Assembly: GCA_020353515.1 (NCBI GenBank)
Contig: CP070695.1
Coordinates: 1,207,537-1,271,536 of the forward strand
Source of the DNA: Candidatus Heimdallarchaeota archaeon
GTDB lineage: Archaea > Asgardarchaeota > Heimdallarchaeia > Hodarchaeales > Hodarchaeaceae
Length of the DNA: 64,000 nucleotides
Direction of reading: 5' to 3'
Shown: piece by piece, positions 18,036 through 27,679 of the stretch
Position numbering within the stretch: position 1 is the stretch's first letter
Layout: every line of letters starts with the position of its first letter
Program-made: the position numbers and the translations under genes
Notes under the pieces: model-generated
What the model saw: the letters and a program-made list of their open reading frames with translations, nothing else
The model's database searches: none
Told to the model about the DNA's origin: nothing

Positions 18036-19700
18036 ATGCGAATAAATAAAGTAAATCTGCGAAATTTCCGTAGTATCCCACATCTAAAGCTGGAAAATCT
18101 TCAAAATTTGAATTGTTTCATCGGTGCTCATAATTCTGGAAAAACTAACATTTTAGACGGGATCTCAGTATTTTGGGATCTGTTCATTCGGGCAAAATTT
18201 CAACAAAACCAATTGAAAAAAGAAAGTTTAGGCCAATTAGAACAACAGGCTCCTCCAATTCTCTCATATATTAGTGAAACAAATACTATTCGGGCAATAT
18301 TTGAATTAGAGATTGATAAAAGTCTCGAATCATGGTCTGAGAATAACTATCTTCGTGAAATCTTCACTAGGACTGCTTTTCTTCATACTCAAAAACAATC
18401 ATATGATTTTTTCAACGAATTTCTTGAAAATTTAGAAACGGAGACAAATCTTTCAAGAATCTCTGCTTTTACGTTTGATATGACCCTTTCACAAGAGCAA
18501 CTAATGTTCATTGCACAAGAATGCTTTTTAAGACTCAAAGATGGCCAAATTTTACCTTTTAAACCTAATAGCCTTTCAATTATCCAACAAGCAATTGGAA
18601 CAGCTTTTCTTAGACGTTTCGATGAAACAACTGAACACAAGTTCCTAAACGAAAATATTGCCCGAATAATTAAGAACAAGGACTATAAAGCAATTACAGC
18701 AATTGAGAGTTTTTTAAAAGATATTATTGGACAGGAATTTATTTTTGAATTGAGACAGAATCAAACAGTTGAAGTCACAATTGAACAGGCATTTACGAGC
18801 CCTCTTTGGAGATTATCTAATGGCACCATAAGAATCATTTCATTAGCCTATCTTTTAACAGCAAGTCCAATTAATCAGATTATTATCATTGATGATCCGG
18901 GGTTATATCTACATCCAAAGAGCGAACGTAGATTAGCCAGAAAGCTTGAAAATTTCTCAATTGACCACCAAATTCTCTTTTCAACTCATTCAACACGGTT
19001 TCTCATTGGTCATGCATACTTAGTAGAGCTTATTAAAGGGTGGACCAAAGTTCGACCAATTCGGGGAGAGAAATCGATGAAAAAGGTAGTTAAGTTACTC
19101 GGTATTAGGCCTTCTGACTCCTTAGGTGCTGATGTCGTAGTATTTGTTGAGGGGAAAACAGATGCTAGAGTTTTTCGAGTATTTGAGGATCTGCTAATAG
19201 AAGACCGAATGTCTCGAAATTGGGTTTCTTATATTGGAGTTGGAGGCTGGACTAATATGAAATTTGTGCTTTCTATGGAGTTATTGAAGAGCAAATTCGT
19301 CCGAAGTCGAGCAATAGCGATTACTGATGGAGACATTGATAATTCTGATACTTATCTCAAAATAAAAAAGAATTGGGTATCAGTTTTTCAGAAAAATACC
19401 TTTCTTTCATTGAATGAAGAATGTATTGAATCATTATTCCTTAATAATCCGATTGTATTTCAACGGGTATTTTCAAAGAAAAATGAATCCTCAATCTCTA
19501 TAAGTGAAGTTCAAGAAATTATTAAAAGAAATAGAGAAAAAGGAATCTCAGATAAAACTATCACACGTAATATCACCGAGAGATTTATGAGTGGGAAACG
19601 CTACACGTCTTCTGTTGCTGAACGCCTCGCAAGAAGTTTTAAGAAAAATGAAATCCCTGAATATTTGGCTGCATTCTTTAACAAGTTCATTCTAAATTAA
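18036..19700 (+). CDS. OLD-family ATP-dependent nuclease (ABC ATPase + TOPRIM)
   Basis: NFRS, Walker A GAHNSGKT, IIDDPGLYLHP, STHS; TOPRIM motifs VFVEGKTD and TDGD. Confidence 0.85.
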   Translation: MRINKVNLRNFRSIPHLKLENLQNLNCFIGAHNSGKTNILDGISVFWDLFIRAKFQQNQLKKESLGQLEQQAPPILSYISETNTIRAIFELEIDKSLESWSENNYLREIFTRTAFLHTQKQSYDFFNEFLENLETETNLSRISAFTFDMTLSQEQLMFIAQECFLRLKDGQILPFKPNSLSIIQQAIGTAFLRRFDETTEHKFLNENIARIIKNKDYKAITAIESFLKDIIGQEFIFELRQNQTVEVTIEQAFTSPLWRLSNGTIRIISLAYLLTASPINQIIIIDDPGLYLHPKSERRLARKLENFSIDHQILFSTHSTRFLIGHAYLVELIKGWTKVRPIRGEKSMKKVVKLLGIRPSDSLGADVVVFVEGKTDARVFRVFEDLLIEDRMSRNWVSYIGVGGWTNMKFVLSMELLKSKFVRSRAIAITDGDIDNSDTYLKIKKNWVSVFQKNTFLSLNEECIESLFLNNPIVFQRVFSKKNESSISISEVQEIIKRNREKGISDKTITRNITERFMSGKRYTSSVAERLARSFKKNEIPEYLAAFFNKFILN

Positions 19701-19783
19701 TCCAAATAATACTTTAAATCGACAAAGTACTTAAGCAAATATTAGTATTAAAGGAAGGAATAACCTGACTAGTTGAGATTCTA

Positions 19784-20656
19784 ATGGGTAAGATTTTACT
19801 TTTTGGATTACCTAAATCTGGGAAATCTTCAATTTATCGAGAATCCTATCAAACAATAACTAGTGCAGAAGATAATCCATATAAGGAAAGGATTCTGAAG
19901 GTCAAATCCCTTGAAAAGCTTCTACAGATTGAATTCTATGAAGAAAACACTTTTGAATCTTTTTCCAAGGAAGAGATCGAAAAAATCTTTTCAGATGTTG
20001 AAGTTATTTTATGGGTTATTGATGTTTCTGATCAACGAACCATCTCCACTTCACTCTTTCATTGGAACAAAGTGTTAGAATATCTGAAAACGCATTCTGC
20101 TTTTGCTGTAAAATTTGTTTGCTTTCACAAAACTGACCTACTTACTTTAGAAGATAAAGATACGCTTTTTAACACTTTGAGGAGTAATTTTCAGGCAGAC
20201 CTTGAAGACCAAGTAAATTTTTACAATACAACTTTAAAGGATGATTCAGTTTTAGCCATGATGGCTCAGATAATGAAGATGATCCATGAGTCGTCTTTTG
20301 AGATAAAACAAGCTAATAATAAAATAACTGAATTTTTACAAACAAACGAGGATTTTTATGGTGTTACAATCCTCTCATCAGATGGATTACCCATTATCGA
20401 AGTGGGAGAAAAGGTTGAATTTGTTATCCTACCAGCAAATTTATGGCTAGGTACTAATGAGCGATTAAAAGAAGCTTTTGGGATAAATACCCTAACGTGC
20501 ACGATTCATCTTGATGATCAGATTTTACTTTTCTTTGATATTGGTTCAGAACTACTTATGACCACAGTAGCTAAAAAAGAAGCGCCTTTACAATTCTCTT
20601 TTATTCGAAGTGACTTATTGTCCCAATCCCTCCGTGAAATTCTTATCAGTTCTTAA
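19784..20656 (+). CDS. Rag/Gtr-like small GTPase domain fused to a C-terminal roadblock domain
   Basis: KILLFGLPKSGKSS, IFSDVEVILWVID, FHKTDLL (Rag-type HKxD); C-terminal GVTILSSDGLPI roadblock start. Confidence 0.75.
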   Translation: MGKILLFGLPKSGKSSIYRESYQTITSAEDNPYKERILKVKSLEKLLQIEFYEENTFESFSKEEIEKIFSDVEVILWVIDVSDQRTISTSLFHWNKVLEYLKTHSAFAVKFVCFHKTDLLTLEDKDTLFNTLRSNFQADLEDQVNFYNTTLKDDSVLAMMAQIMKMIHESSFEIKQANNKITEFLQTNEDFYGVTILSSDGLPIIEVGEKVEFVILPANLWLGTNERLKEAFGINTLTCTIHLDDQILLFFDIGSELLMTTVAKKEAPLQFSFIRSDLLSQSLREILISS

Positions 20657-20670
20657 TATCCTTCATGTTT

Positions 20671-21822
20671 CTATTTCAGCTTCTCCTCCTGACCGAAATC
20701 CCGATACAAAGAGAACTCTTCAAGTATTTCTTTATCTCTAGATGTCTTTTTATCAGCTAGAATGCGTGCCAAAAGTTCACCAATGCCAGGGCCAATCATG
20801 TAACCTTGGCCACACATTCCTACTGCATTGAAATAACCCTCGATTTCCTTAATTGAACCTACAATAGGGTTTCCATCAGGAGTCATTGGATAGATTCCAC
20901 GCCACGTTCGACGTACTTTGATATTCTTAAGTCTTGGAAGCAAATTTATCATTCTTTTTGCAATTTGCGGTAGAAAAACGCTAGTCTCTCTCCTATCTGT
21001 CCCAATAATTGGAGGTTCAGGTGTAAGACAAAAAATGATCTTTCCTTCTTTATTTTGATAAAAATAGAAATTTTTAGATCCTTCTGATGGTCGGATATCA
21101 ACAACCATTGGTGAAAAAAAACGTTTAACGGATTCTGTTATACCAGCTTCATGAGATTCGGGTATTACTTGGACATCGCTTCCAACCATTTGAGCGACAT
21201 CTCGAGCTTGGGCCCCAGCGGCATTAATTACATTTGAGGCTTTATATGTCTCCTTAGACGTTTTTATAGCTATGACTCGGTTGTTTACCGTTTTTATATC
21301 AATTACTTTTTCCTTAAACTTGAATTTTACCCCTAAATTACGTGCTTGACGATAGAAGGCATTTATAGCTAATAATGGAGACGCATTGCCATCCTCTGGC
21401 GAAAAAGTTCCTCCTAGGAGCTCCGTTCGATTTATTCCTGGAACTATTTCTTGGATCTTTTCAGCATCAACATAGTCAATATTCAAGCCACTCTGCTTCT
21501 GGTGAAGCACAGTGTCTTTTAGTACCTGTTCATGAGCTTCATTATAAGCTAAGAAAGAATAACCTCCTTGAATCCACTCAATATCGTCACCAAAGTTTTC
21601 CTCCCATGTCGAAAAGATTTCAATTGATCGTTGACAAGTCCAAATCTTCCCTTTCTGGGAATGGGTCGCTCTAATTCCTCCTATCGCATGTTTGTTATCA
21701 CCACAACCCACCGAAGGAGCACTATCAATTACTAACGTTTTGATGTTGTAGTTACCCATAGCTAATGCTGTTGGAACTCCTATACTGCCTGCACCAATGA
21801 TAATGCAGTCGTATTCTACCAC
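20671..21822 (-). CDS. DAO-family FAD oxidoreductase (dye-linked L-proline dehydrogenase / sarcosine oxidase beta-like)
   Basis: IIGAGSIG, GGIR, NAAG, WRGIYPMTPDGNPIVG and GMCGQG motifs. Confidence 0.88.
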   Translation of the reverse strand: MVEYDCIIIGAGSIGVPTALAMGNYNIKTLVIDSAPSVGCGDNKHAIGGIRATHSQKGKIWTCQRSIEIFSTWEENFGDDIEWIQGGYSFLAYNEAHEQVLKDTVLHQKQSGLNIDYVDAEKIQEIVPGINRTELLGGTFSPEDGNASPLLAINAFYRQARNLGVKFKFKEKVIDIKTVNNRVIAIKTSKETYKASNVINAAGAQARDVAQMVGSDVQVIPESHEAGITESVKRFFSPMVVDIRPSEGSKNFYFYQNKEGKIIFCLTPEPPIIGTDRRETSVFLPQIAKRMINLLPRLKNIKVRRTWRGIYPMTPDGNPIVGSIKEIEGYFNAVGMCGQGYMIGPGIGELLARILADKKTSRDKEILEEFSLYRDFGQEEKLK

Positions 21823-21825
21823 TGT

Positions 21826-23901
21826 TTACTTCACATCCTCTGTATGAGCGAAAATTCCTAATGGAACCTCAATAAATAAAGGCCGTCGGGTACCTTGAGT
21901 GATTTGCTCAAAAGGAACTCCTTCCTCACTAAAAATCCTGTTAATCATTGCTGTACACGTTTTACCTCCGCATGCTCCCATTTGCACATGTGTAAGAGCT
22001 TTTAGCTGGTTGACATCAGTTATTCCTTGTTGAATCCATTTTCGTATCTCTCCTGCTGAAACCCGTTCACAACGACAAACAATTGCTTCATCTGCTAATG
22101 GGGGTTTGTGATAAATCGACAAAGGTCCACTTATCTCATTGGCTTGGATTTTTATACCAATTGCACATTTCGCAATTTGTTTGGGTAGTTTAACCGTAAC
22201 CAATTGAGTTCTTGGATACTGCTTTAATTTTCTAGTCAGTTCAATAAAAAATACTCCTAGTTCTCCTGTATCACTCACCACTATTATTTTATCCCCATTT
22301 TTAAGGCTCTTCTCAGCCATTTCATGCGGAAAAGTTACATATGGAAATTCTTTATCTTTTCTATAATCCACTAATGAAATAGCGAGTCCTGGACAGACCG
22401 CAACACATCTTCCGCAACCTGTACAGTCTTCTTCCCCTTTGAAATAAGGTAAGCTAGTTAATAGATCATTTTCAGTAAAAATTTGATGTTGAGGACAGAC
22501 TGATATGCAGGGATTACACGGGATTTCTTGATCACAGTGGAAAATAGGAAAAATACCCTCCTCTTGTGTTGGGATTTCTCTCATTTTAGGTGGTGGTGGT
22601 GGTGCCTTCAAAATCTGTGCTTTTTTTTCAAGTTCTTCTATTTTTACATCTGTTTCAATTCCATATGAATGTAGGATCTTAATAGCTTCCATTCGACCAG
22701 TAAAGATGGCTGCAGATGCCTCTGCGATTTCTTGCGCATCTCCAGCCATCCAAACTTTGATTCCATATCCTAAAGCCTTGTCATAGAATTCATTTACAGG
22801 ATCTAATCCGACCGCGATTAAAATGGTATCACAAAGGAATGATTTTTCCGTACCTTTGATCAAGTTCCAATCAGAATCCAATTTACCTACTGTAATTGAT
22901 TCTACTCTATCAGTACCGTTAGCAGAAAGAATTGTATGACTAGTGTAGATGGGAACCCCTAAACGTTTGAGCTTATTTTCATGGACTTTATACCCACCAC
23001 ATTGAGGTAACGCTTCAACTAACCCGATAACTTCCATCCCTGCCTGTAAAGCATGGTATCCTGCAATCAATCCAACATTCCCTCCACCAACAATGAATAT
23101 CTTGTCAGCAGCCTTGACAAGATCACGATTTACTAATGTTTGAAACGCTCCAGCCCCATAAACCCCTGGAAGAGTATCACCTGGAAATACGAGCATTTTT
23201 TCTCTAGCGCCAGTAGCAATAAACAGATTGTCTGGTATTACCAAAATATATTCATTTTCTTTCACAATTCCGACCAATTTATCACTGAAAATTGCAACAA
23301 CAGTGCTTGATAGCCATATATCTACTGTTGGTAATGATTCTACTGCTTTACCGAGAATTTCTGCAATATCAATTCCCCTCTTTCCTGCATATACATCTTC
23401 TGTTGAACCAAAGAATTTATGAGTTTGAAGAACTAGTTTTCCTCCAACACGATCCTTATCATCAACCAAGATGACTTTTAGTCCTTTTTCCCCTAGAATT
23501 TTTGTTGCAGATAAACCGGCAGGTCCTGCGCCAATTACTAGAATATCAGTTTTTACAACTGAGGTCACACCGAATGTAGTTGGTGAATCATCCATTAGAA
23601 GTTCTGGTAGTCCTTGACAGCTATTTATTTCCATCCCCGCTTTTAGTAGAGTCATGCAAGATTTCACAGGTCTCCCATTAACAAGTACCGTACACTGCGC
23701 ACACTGGTTATTAGCACAGAAGATACCTTGAGGGCTGTTATCTTTAGGGTGATGCCCGAAAATTTTCACACCATTCATGAATAATACTGATGAAATAACC
23801 ATACCCTCTATCCCCTTCATAGTTTTCCCCTCCCAAAAGAAAGTGATTTCTTTTAACTCTGGAATAGAGAGAATAGGATGCTCCGTAATTAGGTTTAGCA
23901 T
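21826..23901 (-). CDS. Fused electron-transfer subunit: 2Fe-2S + FAD/NAD oxidoreductase + 4Fe-4S dicluster + BFD-like domain (proline dehydrogenase alpha-like)
   Basis: CANNQCAQC..C; IGAGPAG; ATGARE; CNPCISVCP and CTGCGRCVAVCP; CRCE..GACGGKTC. Confidence 0.85.
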   Translation of the reverse strand: MLNLITEHPILSIPELKEITFFWEGKTMKGIEGMVISSVLFMNGVKIFGHHPKDNSPQGIFCANNQCAQCTVLVNGRPVKSCMTLLKAGMEINSCQGLPELLMDDSPTTFGVTSVVKTDILVIGAGPAGLSATKILGEKGLKVILVDDKDRVGGKLVLQTHKFFGSTEDVYAGKRGIDIAEILGKAVESLPTVDIWLSSTVVAIFSDKLVGIVKENEYILVIPDNLFIATGAREKMLVFPGDTLPGVYGAGAFQTLVNRDLVKAADKIFIVGGGNVGLIAGYHALQAGMEVIGLVEALPQCGGYKVHENKLKRLGVPIYTSHTILSANGTDRVESITVGKLDSDWNLIKGTEKSFLCDTILIAVGLDPVNEFYDKALGYGIKVWMAGDAQEIAEASAAIFTGRMEAIKILHSYGIETDVKIEELEKKAQILKAPPPPPKMREIPTQEEGIFPIFHCDQEIPCNPCISVCPQHQIFTENDLLTSLPYFKGEEDCTGCGRCVAVCPGLAISLVDYRKDKEFPYVTFPHEMAEKSLKNGDKIIVVSDTGELGVFFIELTRKLKQYPRTQLVTVKLPKQIAKCAIGIKIQANEISGPLSIYHKPPLADEAIVCRCERVSAGEIRKWIQQGITDVNQLKALTHVQMGACGGKTCTAMINRIFSEEGVPFEQITQGTRRPLFIEVPLGIFAHTEDVK

Positions 23902-24252
23902 TTAGTTTCCTCATTTTATACTTGAAGTAATAGCAATAGACTTTAGCGTATCTAACCCATTTTAACGGGTATTTAAGGTTCACTCGACCTTAATCTGGAT
24001 TTTCTCAAGTATAAACCATGTTTTTGGGAAATTAATTTATAAAAGTTTTAAACTTATTCTCACATTTTACGGAAATTACTATATAATAACTGTTTTCTAA
24101 CATAATTACGTGAAAATACTGAATATAATAACAATAGATTTTGAATTAAAGACCAAACTGCAAAAATTAAATGGATTGGTAAAATATGGAGGCAATTTCA
24201 TCTTAGATTCATCTAGATAGAACTTAAAAGTCAAATTAAGAAGGTATGATAT

Positions 24253-25182
24253 TTGAAAGCATTCTTAATTACCCATTTTATGCCATCCTTTATAGTCAGG
24301 CTTTTTGCGAAGCCTTATGTTGCTGGGGATAGTCTAGAGAAAGGTATTGATAAAGCACGACATCTATGGATCCAAAGGGGGATAGCTTCTACTATTGATT
24401 TACTGGGTGAGGAAATTACAACAAAAGAAGAGGTTGAAGAAATCCTCGATATCTACCTAGATGTCGTCGACGCCATTAAAAAAGAGGAATTTTCGTCATT
24501 CGCCACTGTTAGCATCAAACCTACATCCTTAGGAGTTGATATTTCGAAAGAATATTGCATTGACAATATTAAACGAATCCTAACATCAGCGCTAGAATCG
24601 AATATCGGTGTTACTATTGATATGGAATCATCAAGATACACTGATGTTACATTGGAAATATTTCACCAGCTTAAACCTGATTTTCCAAATTTTGGGACTG
24701 TGCTCCAAACACGGCTATTTCGGACAGAAAAAGACATTTCTGAATTGAATGGGTTGAATGCGCATATTCGTCTTTGTATTGGGATTTATATAGAAGACAA
24801 AAGCATTGCGTACACAAAGAAGAGCGAAATGAAGACTAAATTAGTCGAATACACCAAACTCTTGCTAGACCACAATCATTACGTCGAAGTAGCTACCCAT
24901 GATGAGAAAACAATAGTTGAATGTCTTGAAATAATTGAAGATCATGGAGGGAGTCAAGTAGCTGAATTTCAAATGCTCTTAGGTGTACCACGAGACAAAA
25001 TCCAAGAAGAATTACTAGAAAAAGGCTATATAATGCGGTATTACGTACCATTTGCGACAGAATGGAAGTATGCAACCAACTACCTTAGAAGAAGGTTGAT
25101 TGAGAATCCTCGGTTAGCAATCTACACTTTGAGGAATTTATTTGGTCGTGTGCTTCAACCGTTTAGAAGAAAAACAAAGTAA
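24253..25182 (+). CDS. Monofunctional (PRODH/PutB-type) proline dehydrogenase family protein
   Basis: YVAG, DLLGE, SIKPT, IDME, ATHD, EFQMLLG, YVPF and YLRRRLIENP motifs. Confidence 0.88.
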   Translation: MKAFLITHFMPSFIVRLFAKPYVAGDSLEKGIDKARHLWIQRGIASTIDLLGEEITTKEEVEEILDIYLDVVDAIKKEEFSSFATVSIKPTSLGVDISKEYCIDNIKRILTSALESNIGVTIDMESSRYTDVTLEIFHQLKPDFPNFGTVLQTRLFRTEKDISELNGLNAHIRLCIGIYIEDKSIAYTKKSEMKTKLVEYTKLLLDHNHYVEVATHDEKTIVECLEIIEDHGGSQVAEFQMLLGVPRDKIQEELLEKGYIMRYYVPFATEWKYATNYLRRRLIENPRLAIYTLRNLFGRVLQPFRRKTK

Positions 25183-25211
25183 TTTTATCTGAAAAATGGA
25201 GTTTTGGAACA

Positions 25212-25883
25212 ATGAGTCCAACAGTAGCTTCAGAGAATGCGTTAAAAATTTTAAGAGTTTTCCCTGACGAATTCAAGTGGTATTTGATCCCCTTATTTGC
25301 AATTGTAGTTTATATGTATGCTGTTGAAATTGAAAAACGAAATTGGAGTCGTGTTCTCGCAGGTCTTGCGTTCTTTAGTATGGATCTATTTAATGAAACA
25401 TGGAACGCGTTGATTTTGTACTTTACAGACTATTCTGCTTTCTGGACCTGTGCTGGAGAAACTGGATTTCTAATTTTTGTTGGATTAAACATTGAAATAT
25501 CTCTAATGTTTGCTATGGCAGGTATTGCATTCACTAAAATGCTCCCAGAAGACAAGAATATGAAATTTGATCTTAATATGATTAAAATTCCAGTAAAAAT
25601 TCCTAATCGCTGGGTATTTGCAGTTGGCAATTCAGTATTTTGCGTTTTTGTAGAAGTCATCCTGAACAAAGCAGGAGCATTAGTATGGGAATATCCTTTT
25701 TGGAATGCGACTCTTATTGGTGTCATTCCTATTATTATCTTTGGCTATCTCCACTTTATGATTGTCTCTTTCTGGGTTTACGATATGGAAGAAATAAAAA
25801 ATAAAATTATTGTGGTTGCATCCATTTTGATATTTGATCTAATTGCTATAGGACTTTTTGCAGTTGTATTAGGTTGGATCTAA
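25212..25883 (+). CDS. Uncharacterised multi-pass membrane protein
   Basis: About 6 hydrophobic segments; 29 nt downstream of PRODH on the same strand. Confidence 0.75.
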   Translation: MSPTVASENALKILRVFPDEFKWYLIPLFAIVVYMYAVEIEKRNWSRVLAGLAFFSMDLFNETWNALILYFTDYSAFWTCAGETGFLIFVGLNIEISLMFAMAGIAFTKMLPEDKNMKFDLNMIKIPVKIPNRWVFAVGNSVFCVFVEVILNKAGALVWEYPFWNATLIGVIPIIIFGYLHFMIVSFWVYDMEEIKNKIIVVASILIFDLIAIGLFAVVLGWI

Positions 25884-26093
25884 TTTATTCTTATTCTATA
25901 ATTTTGTAAAAGGAAAATTCACTGGGATTCTTCTTTTATTTTGGATGAAAAATAGCATTAAAAGTAAGAATTTCATTATGATAAGCCTTTAAATGATGAC
26001 TTGTGCTTATACTAAAAGATTGAAAAATATTTACTGAAGATTATACCCTTTATGAGCTGTCCACTGTAAGAAAGAGCACTACAGGCGATTGAT

Positions 26094-27653
26094 GTGAAAA
26101 CCAAGCAAAATGACAAAGAAATGCGACAATTTCTAGAGGAAATCATGGCCTTTGCGAATAAGACTGGGATCGCCTTTATTACAGGAAATATTTATGGTGG
26201 CCTAGCTGGTTTTTGGGACTATGGGCCTATAGGAGTGGAAATAAAAAATCGAATCAAAGATGCATGGTGGACGGATTTTGTTCGTAATCGTGATGATATT
26301 GTGGGTTATGAAGGGGCAATAGTTACTCACCCGAAAGTGTGGGAGGCTTCAGGCCATTTAACAAGTTTTAATGATCCATTAATCTTCTGTCAGGGAAAAT
26401 GCAAGAAAAAACACAGGTTGGATCATTTAGTAGAGGATCACATGGAAATTCGTACAGAAGACTTAGATATCGACGAATTAGGAAATATTATCAAAGAGAA
26501 AGAGATTAAATGTCCAGAATGTGGGGGAAATTTCGGAGAACCTATCACATTCAATTTAATGTTTGAAACATATGTAGGTCCAGTACGGGACTCCTCTTCT
26601 CTTGCCTATTTACGACCAGAAAACGCCCAACTTATCTTCTCTGGATTTAAGAATGTCATTGATTCAACTCGTGTGAAAATGCCATTTGGGATAGCTCATT
26701 CAGGAATAGTATTTCGAAATGAGATATCTCCCCGTAATTTTCTTTTTAGAGTAAGAGAATATGAACTTATGGAATTTGAATATTTTACAAATCCTGATAA
26801 AACCAACGAATGCCCATATTTTGATGATATAGCAGAATATGAAATTAATATTCTATCTCAACTTGAACAAAATCAAGATTATGAGGGAGACTATCGAATC
26901 ATAACTGCAGGAGAAGCATGGGAAAAAAGAATATTTAAGAATAAATGGCAGGCTTATTGGCTTACTATCTTTATTCGCTGGTTTATTGAATCGTTAGGGA
27001 TTCGAGGGGAGAAATTACGATTGCGACAACATTTGGAAACTGAATTAAGTCATTATGCCTTGGATACTTGGGATCTGGAATATAAATATCCTTTTGGTTG
27101 GAAGGAACTCATGGGGTGTGCAAATCGAACCCAATTTGACTTAACTCAACATGAAAAATACTCGAAATCCAAAATGCAATTCATGGAACAAACTGAAAGT
27201 GGAGTGATTCGTTATATTCCTTATGTCGTAGCGGAGCCTTCTGTTGGTCTAGGACGAATCTTACTCACTGTTATAGCAGAAGGTTATACTGAAGAAGTTG
27301 TTAAAGGGAGAAAACGTATCGTCTTGAAAATTCATCCCCGAATAGCTCCCTATGATGTTTCGGTCTTTCCTTTGCAGAAAGATGAGAAAATTTTCACTAA
27401 AGCGCAAGAGATTTTTGAATATCTACGAAGTGAAGGGTTTACAGCCTTCTACGACGATAGTGGTTCAATAGGAAAACGATATAGAAGACATGATGAGATT
27501 GGAACACCCTTCTGCATCACAATCGATTATGAAACATTAGATGACAATCAGGTAACAATAAGAAATAGAGACACAATGGAACAAATGAGAATTCCAGTAA
27601 GAAAGCTCTCTGAAGAATTACGACAGCAAAAAGCGAATTATCAAATAAAATAA
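26094..27653 (+). CDS. glyS: Glycine--tRNA ligase (alpha2 type)
   Basis: IYGGLAGFWDYGP, LRPENAQ, FRNEISPR, EPSVGLGR; anticodon domain GSIGKRYRRHDEIGTP. Confidence 0.95.
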   Translation: MKTKQNDKEMRQFLEEIMAFANKTGIAFITGNIYGGLAGFWDYGPIGVEIKNRIKDAWWTDFVRNRDDIVGYEGAIVTHPKVWEASGHLTSFNDPLIFCQGKCKKKHRLDHLVEDHMEIRTEDLDIDELGNIIKEKEIKCPECGGNFGEPITFNLMFETYVGPVRDSSSLAYLRPENAQLIFSGFKNVIDSTRVKMPFGIAHSGIVFRNEISPRNFLFRVREYELMEFEYFTNPDKTNECPYFDDIAEYEINILSQLEQNQDYEGDYRIITAGEAWEKRIFKNKWQAYWLTIFIRWFIESLGIRGEKLRLRQHLETELSHYALDTWDLEYKYPFGWKELMGCANRTQFDLTQHEKYSKSKMQFMEQTESGVIRYIPYVVAEPSVGLGRILLTVIAEGYTEEVVKGRKRIVLKIHPRIAPYDVSVFPLQKDEKIFTKAQEIFEYLRSEGFTAFYDDSGSIGKRYRRHDEIGTPFCITIDYETLDDNQVTIRNRDTMEQMRIPVRKLSEELRQQKANYQIK

Positions 27654-27679
27654 GTGCAAAATACATTGCTATTAGAGTT

